Of a stretch of DNA of 64,000 nt, positions 1 through 7,489 are shown piece after piece. The position numbers and the translations under genes are program-made. The stretch covers positions 6,496 to 70,495 of the forward strand of contig CALRGR010000003.1 of the NCBI GenBank assembly GCA_943357985.1. Reading direction: 5' to 3'. The notes under the pieces are model-generated. The model had not been told where the DNA came from and made no database searches. It saw only the letters and a program-made list of their open reading frames with translations. Every line of letters starts with the position of its first letter. The first letter of the stretch is position 1. The stretch comes from Candidatus Levybacteria bacterium GW2011_GWA1_37_16 (lineage in GTDB: Bacteria > Patescibacteriota > Microgenomatia > Levybacterales > UBA12049).

Positions 1-16
1 ACATAATCTTCCCGAC

Positions 17-763
17 TTGGTTAAAATTGGAGATATAAGGGGAGATTTGCATATTCACACAAATTATCCAATCGACTCAAGTCATGATTACGGAATTTCC
101 TCAATGCAAGAAATGATAAATAGAGCTAAAGAATTAAAATACGAATATATAGGACTTTCAGATCACAATCCAAGTATCGGAAATCATACAAAGAATGAAC
201 TTTATTCAATACTTTCAAAAAGAAAAAGTATAATTGATAGTATAAAAAAGAGTAATAAAAGTATTCGAGTAATAAATCTACTTGAAATGGACATTCTAGC
301 CTCGGGGGAGTTAGCAATAGACAATAAAACCCTTGAGCTGGTAGATGCGCTAATAGTTTCAATCCACAGCTCTTTCTCTACCAACAAGGAAGATATGACA
401 AGGAGAGTCCTTGCAGGATTGTCTAATCCAAAAGCTAAAATCCTAGCCCATCCAACAGGAAGACTTCTTAACTTAAGAGCTGGATACGAACTTGACTGGA
501 ATAGAATATTTGATTTTTGTGTTAAAAACAATAAAGCTTTGGAGATAAATGCTTGGCCAGAAAGACTTGATTTGTCTGATGGACTCGTAAAGCAAGCAAA
601 AGAAGCAGGGGTAAAATTTGTTATAAACACAGATAGTCACGCAATATCTCATATGGACAATATGTTCTACGGGGTGTCTGTTGCAAGACGAGGCTGGACA
701 GAGAAGAAAGATATCCTAAATACCTTACCTGCCAATAAATTCGTTGAGTGGATTACATCTTAA
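17..763 (+). CDS. PHP domain, C-terminal part of DNA polymerase X/PHP family protein (probably 5'-truncated by window edge)
   Basis: GDLHIHT, SDH, ILAHPTGRLL, LEINAWPERLDL and NTDSH motifs typical of the PolX-PHP domain. Confidence 0.85.
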   Translation: MVKIGDIRGDLHIHTNYPIDSSHDYGISSMQEMINRAKELKYEYIGLSDHNPSIGNHTKNELYSILSKRKSIIDSIKKSNKSIRVINLLEMDILASGELAIDNKTLELVDALIVSIHSSFSTNKEDMTRRVLAGLSNPKAKILAHPTGRLLNLRAGYELDWNRIFDFCVKNNKALEINAWPERLDLSDGLVKQAKEAGVKFVINTDSHAISHMDNMFYGVSVARRGWTEKKDILNTLPANKFVEWITS

Positions 764-784
764 ATAAGTGATATACTATAAAAT

Positions 785-1336
785 ATGAACAGCATATGGA
801 TAGTAGCAGGAGTAGTATCATTGATAGCTATTTATCTCCTTACCATATATAACGGCCTCGTTTCGGCTAAGGTAAAGATTTCCGAAGCGTTTTCCCACAT
901 AGACGTACAGCTTAAAAGAAGAGTTGATCTTATTCCAAATTTAATTGAATCCGTAAAAGGATATGTTAAACATGAGAAAGAAGTTCTAGAAAAAGTTACT
1001 GCAGCAAGAACCTCACTTATGCAAGCAAAAAGTCCTCATGAAAAAGCAAAATCAGACAACATGCTTACAGACACACTTAAATCTCTTTTTGCTGTAGCAG
1101 AAAACTATCCGACGCTTAAAGCAAATGAAAATTTCATTAAACTCCAGGATGAGCTTTCTGACACAGAAAATAAAATTGCCTACAGCCGCCAGTTCTATAA
1201 TTCAACAGTTATGGACTTTAATACCAAAATACAAATTTTCCCAAATATGATTGTCGCTAGTCTTCTTGCTTTTAAGGCTGCGGAGTTTTTTCAAATTGAA
1301 GAAGACGAAAAGAAACCAATAAAAGTTTCTTTCTAG
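785..1336 (+). CDS. lemA: LemA family protein
   Basis: N-terminal TM, YNGLV, IDVQLKRRVDLIPNL, AENYPTLKAN, ENKIAYSRQFYN. Confidence 0.95.
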   Translation: MNSIWIVAGVVSLIAIYLLTIYNGLVSAKVKISEAFSHIDVQLKRRVDLIPNLIESVKGYVKHEKEVLEKVTAARTSLMQAKSPHEKAKSDNMLTDTLKSLFAVAENYPTLKANENFIKLQDELSDTENKIAYSRQFYNSTVMDFNTKIQIFPNMIVASLLAFKAAEFFQIEEDEKKPIKVSF

Positions 1337-1345
1337 GCTTGCCCT

Positions 1346-2248
1346 ATGAACATCTATTCCTCTATTTCTCAGAATAAATTCAAAACGTGGTTAATAATGT
1401 TACTGTTTGTAATTTTTATAGTCACCGTCATCTATATTTTCGGCAAAGCATCAGGCTATGGACTTTCCTTCGTTGGATTTGGCCTTATTTTCGCCGGACT
1501 TGTAAGTCTTGGCAGTTACTACTATTCCGACAAATTAGTTCTGGCTATATCAGGAGCAAAGAAGCTTAAAAAAGAAGATAGTCCCAATCTGTTCAAAATC
1601 ATAGAAAATTTAAGTATAGGTGACGGCCTTCCAATGCCTCAAATTTATATGACAAATGATGCCTCTCCTAATGCCTTTGCAACTGGCCGTGATCCAAAAC
1701 ATGCAGTAGTTTGTGTAACAACAGGTCTTCTTGAAAAGCTAAATAAAACCGAGGTTGAAGGAGTGTTGGCTCACGAACTTTCTCATATCAAAAACTATGA
1801 TACCAGACTTATGGCAGTTGTGGCAATTCTAGTGGGATTTATAGCAATTGCGGCCGACTTTTTCATGCGTAGTCTTTGGTTTGGCGGCATGAGAGATAAT
1901 GACAGACAAGGTAGCGGAAACTCTCAATTCATATTTCTTGCAATTGGAATTGCTTTTGCAATACTTTCCCCTCTAGTTGCAACTCTAATTCAGCTTGCAG
2001 TTTCAAGAAAAAGAGAGTTTCTGGCGGACGCGTCCGGCGCGCTTTTAACTAGATATCCCGAGGGCCTAGCATCTGCACTTGAAAAGCTAGCTGCTGACAA
2101 AACGCCCATGAAACACGCAAGCAATGCAACGGCCCACCTTTATATTGAAAACCCATTCAATGATAAGAAAAAAACAACATGGTTTGCAGGACTTTTCAAT
2201 ACTCATCCTCCGATTGAAGAACGCATTAGAATCCTCCGCTCAATGTAA
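1346..2248 (+). CDS. htpX: Zinc metalloprotease HtpX (M48)
   Basis: PNAFATG, HELSH zinc motif, SRKREFLADA, THPPIEERI; follows lemA. Confidence 0.95.
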   Translation: MNIYSSISQNKFKTWLIMLLFVIFIVTVIYIFGKASGYGLSFVGFGLIFAGLVSLGSYYYSDKLVLAISGAKKLKKEDSPNLFKIIENLSIGDGLPMPQIYMTNDASPNAFATGRDPKHAVVCVTTGLLEKLNKTEVEGVLAHELSHIKNYDTRLMAVVAILVGFIAIAADFFMRSLWFGGMRDNDRQGSGNSQFIFLAIGIAFAILSPLVATLIQLAVSRKREFLADASGALLTRYPEGLASALEKLAADKTPMKHASNATAHLYIENPFNDKKKTTWFAGLFNTHPPIEERIRILRSM

Positions 2249-2249
2249 A

Positions 2250-3551
2250 ATGCTACAAACACTTTCCATACTTGCTGGAAAAACTGTTTCGCTTATTAGT
2301 AAATTATTGAACAGGAGTGGTTCTACTTGGCCTGGACATGCCGCATTTGGCCTCGATTCCAACATAGTTAAGAAGTTAACGAGAACTAATCCAAAGCTAA
2401 GGATTGTTTTAGTTGCAGGCACAAATGGCAAGACGACTACTTCTAAGATGCTTTCTGAAATCCTGGAAGCAAACGGCAAGAAAGTCTTTAGAAATGAAGA
2501 AGGCGCCAACTTGTTAAATGGGATAGCTTCAAGTCTTATTTCTCATTCGAACTTGCTAGGGAAAATTAATTTCGATACTGCAATTTTTGAAGTTGATGAA
2601 AATTCCCTATCGATTATTCTTGAAAATACAAAGCCTTACGCAGTTATTCTTTTGAACCTATTTAGGGATCAATTAGATAGATACGGAGAAGTAAATATTA
2701 TTGCTGAAAAGTGGAAAAAGGCACTGGAAAATCTTCCAAAAGAAACTTTTCTTATTTCAAATGGCGATGACCCAATGCTTTCCTACATAAGTGCCAAATC
2801 CGGGACAGAAAATTATTATTTTGGCCTACCGAAGAAAATAAATTCGAGCACAGGGTCGGACCCTCTACAATCAGATGTGGACTTTTTATACTGTCCACAT
2901 TGTTCTACAAAATTAGAATTTGAAAGCAGAATTTATTCCCATTTGGGAAAATTTAAATGTCCAAAATGCAATTTTACAAACCCATTAATTTACTCATTCG
3001 ACACCTTGTCAAATCCTCTGCTTGGAGAGTACAACCGATACAATATCAACGCTGCAGCGCTACTTTTAACAGAGGGGTTTGGTGTTGGCTTGGATGCAAT
3101 TGAGATGTCTTTGCAAAACTTTACTCCGGCCTTTGGAAGACAAGAAAAAATAAAATATAAAAATAAGGACGTCTTTGTCATGCTCTCCAAAAACCCCGCA
3201 AGCTTTAATCAATCTATTCAGGCAATCTTAGGAAAAGAAAAATCCCCCAATGTTTTACTTGTATTAAACGACAGAATTCCTGACGGACGCGACGTCTCAT
3301 GGATCTGGGATATAGATACAGATGAGTTATCGAGAAAAGCAAGTTCAATAACAATTTCCGGAGAAAGATGCTTTGATATGGGACTAAGACTTAAATACTC
3401 GGAAGGAAAATTTGAGATTAGAGAAAATTTGGAGCAAGCAATTAATTACGCAATTTCAAAGCTAAAAACAGGTCATACTCTTTATATTCTCCCAACTTAT
3501 TCGGCAATGCTTGATACAAGAAAAATCTTAACCGGAAGGAGCATCCTTTAA
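2250..3551 (+). CDS. murT: Lipid II isoglutaminyl synthase subunit MurT (Mur ligase family)
   Basis: GTNGKTTT, EVDE, NLFRDQLDRYGE, CxxC..CxxC zinc finger, DGRDVSWIWD, PTYSAML; start placed at ATG 2250 just after htpX. Confidence 0.9.
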   Translation: MLQTLSILAGKTVSLISKLLNRSGSTWPGHAAFGLDSNIVKKLTRTNPKLRIVLVAGTNGKTTTSKMLSEILEANGKKVFRNEEGANLLNGIASSLISHSNLLGKINFDTAIFEVDENSLSIILENTKPYAVILLNLFRDQLDRYGEVNIIAEKWKKALENLPKETFLISNGDDPMLSYISAKSGTENYYFGLPKKINSSTGSDPLQSDVDFLYCPHCSTKLEFESRIYSHLGKFKCPKCNFTNPLIYSFDTLSNPLLGEYNRYNINAAALLLTEGFGVGLDAIEMSLQNFTPAFGRQEKIKYKNKDVFVMLSKNPASFNQSIQAILGKEKSPNVLLVLNDRIPDGRDVSWIWDIDTDELSRKASSITISGERCFDMGLRLKYSEGKFEIRENLEQAINYAISKLKTGHTLYILPTYSAMLDTRKILTGRSIL

Positions 3552-3586
3552 CTAAACGCTATACGCTATGAACTATACGCTAAAAA
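3549..3586. repeat. Period-7 tandem array (CTAAACG CTATACG CTATGAA CTATACG CTA) overlapping the gatD start
   Basis: Read directly; inverted partner at 4671-4704. Confidence 0.8.
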
Positions 3587-4365
3587 TTGGTTGGCTATAC
3601 CCGGATTTAATGAATACTTATGGCGATAGAGGAAACATTTTAGTTCTTCAAAAAAGATGTCAGTGGAGAAATATAGATGTTGAAATAAAACACCTTGACG
3701 TTGGATTTTTGGATACTGAGCTCAAAGCCTGCGATATCCTATTTATGGGCGGTGCGCAGGATACCCAACAAATGATCGTTTCCCATGACTTTAGCGCTAA
3801 CAAGACTACTCTGCTAAAAGAGCTAGTAGAGGCCGGAACACCCGGACTTTTCATTTGCGGAGCTTATCAGTTTTTAGGACAATATTATAAAGAAGCAGAT
3901 GGCACCAAAATCCCCGGACTCTCCATACTTGACCTTTACACCGAGCATCCCGGAAATAATCGTAAAAGGCTTATCGGCAACATAATCATAAAAGTTAATA
4001 GTCAATGGTCACTAGTTGATAGAAATAAACCCATAACCAATAAACCATCAACCATAAGCTATTTAGTCGGTTTTGAAAACCATGGAGGAATGACTTATCT
4101 TGCTGATAAGAGCCTCTCTTTTGGCAAAGTTATCAAAGGCTTTGGAAATAATGGGAGGGATGAAACAGAAGGGATAATGTATAAAAACTCAATAGGCACG
4201 TACCTTCATGGCCCAATTCTTCCAAAAAATCCAAAACTAGCAGATTTTCTCATCCAAAAAGCTTTAACGAAAAAGTATGGAAAAGTGAAATTAGAAAAGC
4301 TCGACGACACACTGGAAAACAAAGCCCGAAGTGTCATTGCTAAGAGACTTGGCACTGCGTTATAA
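3568..4365 (+). CDS. gatD: Glutamine amidotransferase GatD (CobQ-like)
   Basis: YPDLMNTYGDRGN, ICGAYQ, GFENHGG, TYLHGPILPKNP; follows murT. Confidence 0.92.
   Translation: MNYTLKIGWLYPDLMNTYGDRGNILVLQKRCQWRNIDVEIKHLDVGFLDTELKACDILFMGGAQDTQQMIVSHDFSANKTTLLKELVEAGTPGLFICGAYQFLGQYYKEADGTKIPGLSILDLYTEHPGNNRKRLIGNIIIKVNSQWSLVDRNKPITNKPSTISYLVGFENHGGMTYLADKSLSFGKVIKGFGNNGRDETEGIMYKNSIGTYLHGPILPKNPKLADFLIQKALTKKYGKVKLEKLDDTLENKARSVIAKRLGTAL
3994..4062. repeat. Inverted pair of degenerate period-7 arrays lying in frame inside gatD
   Basis: GTTAATA GTCAATG GTCACTA GTTGATA, then CCATAAC CAATAAA CCATCAA CCATAAG; encodes VNSQWSLVDRNKPITNKPSTIS. Confidence 0.7.
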
Positions 4366-4372
4366 TTACCGC

Positions 4373-4687
4373 ATGAAAATAAATGTTCCTCATATTGCAA
4401 AACTGGCAAATCTTACAATTTCCCCGCAGGAAGAAAGTAAACTCGAAAAGCAGCTGACCGAAATTTTAACTTATGTAGAAAAACTTAAGGAAGTTAACCT
4501 GCCTGCCGGCAAGGCAGGTACCTCCGGAGCTGAGGAAACTTCACAAGTTACAGGGCTTGAAAATATAACTCGCGAAGACATAGCTAAGGACTGCGAGCTA
4601 ACTCAACAAGAAGCAATCTCCGGATCCAAATCTACTCACAACGGACTTTTTAAAGTAAAAGGAATATTAGTAGCGACTAGTGAATAG
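4373..4687 (+). CDS. gatC: Asp/Glu-tRNA amidotransferase subunit C
   Basis: HIAKLANL..QLTEILTYVEKL..REDI..FKVKGIL; upstream of gatA; start at ATG 4373. Confidence 0.9.
   Translation: MKINVPHIAKLANLTISPQEESKLEKQLTEILTYVEKLKEVNLPAGKAGTSGAEETSQVTGLENITREDIAKDCELTQQEAISGSKSTHNGLFKVKGILVATSE
4498..4518. repeat. 21-nt GC-rich palindromic element inserted in frame in gatC
   Basis: CCTGCCTGCCGGCAAGGCAGG, encodes LPAGKAG; 20-nt perfect copy at 35392-35411. Confidence 0.85.
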
Positions 4688-4704
4688 CGTTTAGCGTATA
4701 GTTA
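4671..4704. repeat. Period-7 tandem array at the gatC/gatA junction
   Basis: TAGCGAC TAGTGAA TAGCGTT TAGCGTA TAGTTA; inverted partner of 3549-3586. Confidence 0.8.
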
Positions 4705-6143
4705 TGAATTTAAATCAATTAACAATTGCAGAAGCAATAAAAGAACTAAAAGAAAAAAAGTTTTCCTCGATCGATATCACAAAAGCTTGCCTTGAGCAAA
4801 TTAAAAAACACAATTATGAGATTAATGCTTTTATAACAGTTGATGAAAAAGGAGCACTTGAGCAAGCAAAGATTGCAGACAAATTAGCCTCGCAAGGGGA
4901 GACCTGGGAGGCTAAACCTTTACTTGGAATTCCAATTGCCCTTAAAGATATTTTTTTGACAAAAGGGCTAAAGACTACTGCCGCCTCCAAGGTTCTGGAA
5001 AACTATATTCCACAATATGACGCAACAGTTACTAAAAAACTAAAAGATGCCGGAGCTGTAATACTCGGAAAAACAAATCTTGATGCGTGGGCACATGGTT
5101 CAAGCGGAGAGAATTCCGACTTTGGTGCGACCAAAAACCCATGGAATAAAGAATACGTTCCTGGAGGCTCTAGCAGCGGCTCTGCTGCTTCTTTGGCTGC
5201 AGACATGTGTCTTGCATCAACAGGAACCGACACAGGCGGCTCTATAAGGCTACCTGCAAGCTTCAACAATCTCGTAGGGCTAAAACCAACTTACGGCAGA
5301 GTTAGCCGTTATGGAATTATTGCCATGGCATCATCCCTTGACACAATAGGACATTTTACAAAAACAGTTGAAGACTCAGCTATTCTTTTAAACGTTACTG
5401 CAGGTTCGGACCCTCTTGATGCGACGACCCCTGGGGTTGAGCCTCAAGATTATACAAAAAGCATTGGAAAAGGAGTAAAAGGATTAAAAATTGGAGTTCC
5501 AAAAGAATACTTTACTGGGGGACTCGATAGTGCAATAAAAGACAAAGTCGAAACAGCAATAAAAAAACTCGAAGAACTTGGAGTTGAAATCGTTGAAATC
5601 TCTCTTCCAAATACTGAATACGCAGTTTCGGTTTATTACATTATTATGTCTTCCGAAGTTTCGTCTAATTTAGCAAGATACGATGGTATCCGATTTGGCA
5701 ATGATCGTTCGAGCTTTGGTGAGGAAGCGAAAAGAAGAATAATGCTGGGAACATTTACATTGTCTACAGGCTACTACGACGCTTACTACAAAAAAGCTAT
5801 GCAAGTTAGGACTTTAATAAAGCAAGACTTTGATAAAGCTTTTGAAAAAGTAGATGCAATTATTTCTCCAGTATCCCCTACGGCTCCATGGAAACTTGGA
5901 GAAAAAGTTAATGATCCGCTGAAAATGTATTTGTCTGATATTTTTACAGTCACTGCAAATTTAGCCGGAATTCCAGGACTTTCTGTCCCCGCAGGTTTTA
6001 TCCGTTCGGCGAGCTCAGGACAAGCAGAATTGCCGGTAGGTATCCAAATATTAGGACCTCAGTTTTCTGAGGAGAAACTATTTCAAATTGGAAACGCATA
6101 CGAAAAATCAACAGATTTTTATAAACAAAAACCAACATTATGA
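4704..6143 (+). CDS. gatA: Asp/Glu-tRNA amidotransferase subunit A
   Basis: Amidase signature PGGSSSGS, GTDTGGSIRLPAS, KPTYGRVSRYG, SSNLARYDG. Confidence 0.97.
   Translation: MNLNQLTIAEAIKELKEKKFSSIDITKACLEQIKKHNYEINAFITVDEKGALEQAKIADKLASQGETWEAKPLLGIPIALKDIFLTKGLKTTAASKVLENYIPQYDATVTKKLKDAGAVILGKTNLDAWAHGSSGENSDFGATKNPWNKEYVPGGSSSGSAASLAADMCLASTGTDTGGSIRLPASFNNLVGLKPTYGRVSRYGIIAMASSLDTIGHFTKTVEDSAILLNVTAGSDPLDATTPGVEPQDYTKSIGKGVKGLKIGVPKEYFTGGLDSAIKDKVETAIKKLEELGVEIVEISLPNTEYAVSVYYIIMSSEVSSNLARYDGIRFGNDRSSFGEEAKRRIMLGTFTLSTGYYDAYYKKAMQVRTLIKQDFDKAFEKVDAIISPVSPTAPWKLGEKVNDPLKMYLSDIFTVTANLAGIPGLSVPAGFIRSASSGQAELPVGIQILGPQFSEEKLFQIGNAYEKSTDFYKQKPTL
6001..6020. repeat. TCCTGAGC..GCCGAA-family element (reverse orientation) in frame in gatA
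   Basis: TCCGTTCGGCGAGCTCAGGA, encodes RSASSG; related to 54281-54297 and 54617-54633. Confidence 0.7.
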
Positions 6144-7465
6144 AACCCATCATTGGACTTGAAGTACACGTAGAGTTAAAAACCAAGAGCAAAATGTTTT
6201 GCGGCTGCTCTGCGAATTATTTTGGACAGAAACCTAATAGCCATACTTGTCCTGTCTGTTTAGGTCTTCCCGGAGCTTTGCCCGTTCCAAACAAACAAGC
6301 AATTGACTGGTGTATAAAAATAGGGTCGTCTTTAAACTGTGAGATAAGCTCTTTTTCTAAATTCGATAGAAAAAATTATTTCTACCCCGACCTTTCCAAA
6401 GGCTACCAAATAAGCCAATACGACAAACCTTTCTGTGAGAATGGCGAAATTATTTTATCGAATAACAAAAGGATCAGGATTAGAAGAGTTCACATGGAAG
6501 AAGACACAGCCAAATTGATACATCAATTTGAAACTCAAAACTCAAAAGTCAAAAGTCAAAATTACTCACTGGTTGATTTCAACAGAAGCGGCGTTCCACT
6601 TGTAGAAATAGTTACGGAGCCTGATTTTGAAAACGCAACAGAAGTTAAAGAATACTTGCAGAAACTTCAACAAATTGTCCGCTATTTAGAAGTTTCCAAC
6701 GCGGATATGGAAAAAGGAGATATGAGATTAGAACCAAATATTTCCCTCTCTCCCGATGGAAACCTACCGAATTACAAAGTTGAGGTAAAAAACATAAATT
6801 CATTTAGCTTTGTAGAAAAAGCAATTAATTTTGAAATTAAAAGGCAAGGCGAACTTTTAGATAAAGGTGAAACTCCTGCACAGGAAACCAGAGGCTGGGA
6901 TGAAAAAAGCCAAGGAACAAAATCACAAAGACTAAAAGAAGAAGCTAATGATTATAGGTACTTCCCAGAGCCCGACATCCCTCCGATTAAATTTTCTGAC
7001 TTAGAAATAGAAACAATAAAAGGTAGCATGCCAGAACTTCCCCAGCAAAAATTGGAAAGATTCCAAAGTGAATTTATCCTACCCCATTACGACTCGGAGA
7101 TCATAACAAGAGATAAAGTCTTGGCTGATTATTTTGAAGAGACAGTCGAAGTTGGCAAAAAGCATAACATTACACCAAAACAGATTGCAAACACGATTAT
7201 TAATAAGAAAATTAATATCGGAGAAGTTTTGCCTGCAAAACTTATCGAAACGATATTGGAAAGTGGAAAGATTGAGGAAATGTCTGCTGAAAAACTGGAA
7301 GAAAACATATCGGAAGTACTTATAGAAAACCAAAAAGCTGTAGATGAATATAAGGGTGGAAAAGAGAATGCTCTTAAGTTTTTGCTAGGACAAACTATGA
7401 AAAAAATAGGTAAAAAGGTCGATTCAAGCGCAGTAAAAAATGCTATACTAGAAAAGCTAAAATAA
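6140..7465 (+). CDS. gatB: Asp/Glu-tRNA amidotransferase subunit B
   Basis: IGLEVHVEL, FDRKNYFYPDL, HMEED, NRSGVPLVEIVTEPD, YRYFPEPD. Confidence 0.97.
   Translation: MKPIIGLEVHVELKTKSKMFCGCSANYFGQKPNSHTCPVCLGLPGALPVPNKQAIDWCIKIGSSLNCEISSFSKFDRKNYFYPDLSKGYQISQYDKPFCENGEIILSNNKRIRIRRVHMEEDTAKLIHQFETQNSKVKSQNYSLVDFNRSGVPLVEIVTEPDFENATEVKEYLQKLQQIVRYLEVSNADMEKGDMRLEPNISLSPDGNLPNYKVEVKNINSFSFVEKAINFEIKRQGELLDKGETPAQETRGWDEKSQGTKSQRLKEEANDYRYFPEPDIPPIKFSDLEIETIKGSMPELPQQKLERFQSEFILPHYDSEIITRDKVLADYFEETVEVGKKHNITPKQIANTIINKKINIGEVLPAKLIETILESGKIEEMSAEKLEENISEVLIENQKAVDEYKGGKENALKFLLGQTMKKIGKKVDSSAVKNAILEKLK
6535..6562. repeat. Four-copy TCAAAA(C/G/T) heptamer array inside gatB
   Basis: TCAAAAC TCAAAAG TCAAAAG TCAAAAT, encodes QNSKVKSQN. 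Confidence 0.85.
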
Positions 7466-7489
7466 TAAGGAGAGCTTGCTCTCGAAACT

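Noticed and set aside
2852-2864. AGGGTCGGACCCT palindrome in murT and the similar GGTTCGGACCCTCT..ACCCCTGGGGT in gatA (5403-5437)
   Set aside because: May be a further micro-repeat, but the gatA copy coincides with the normal G-x-D-P motif and I cannot show an insertion without alignments.
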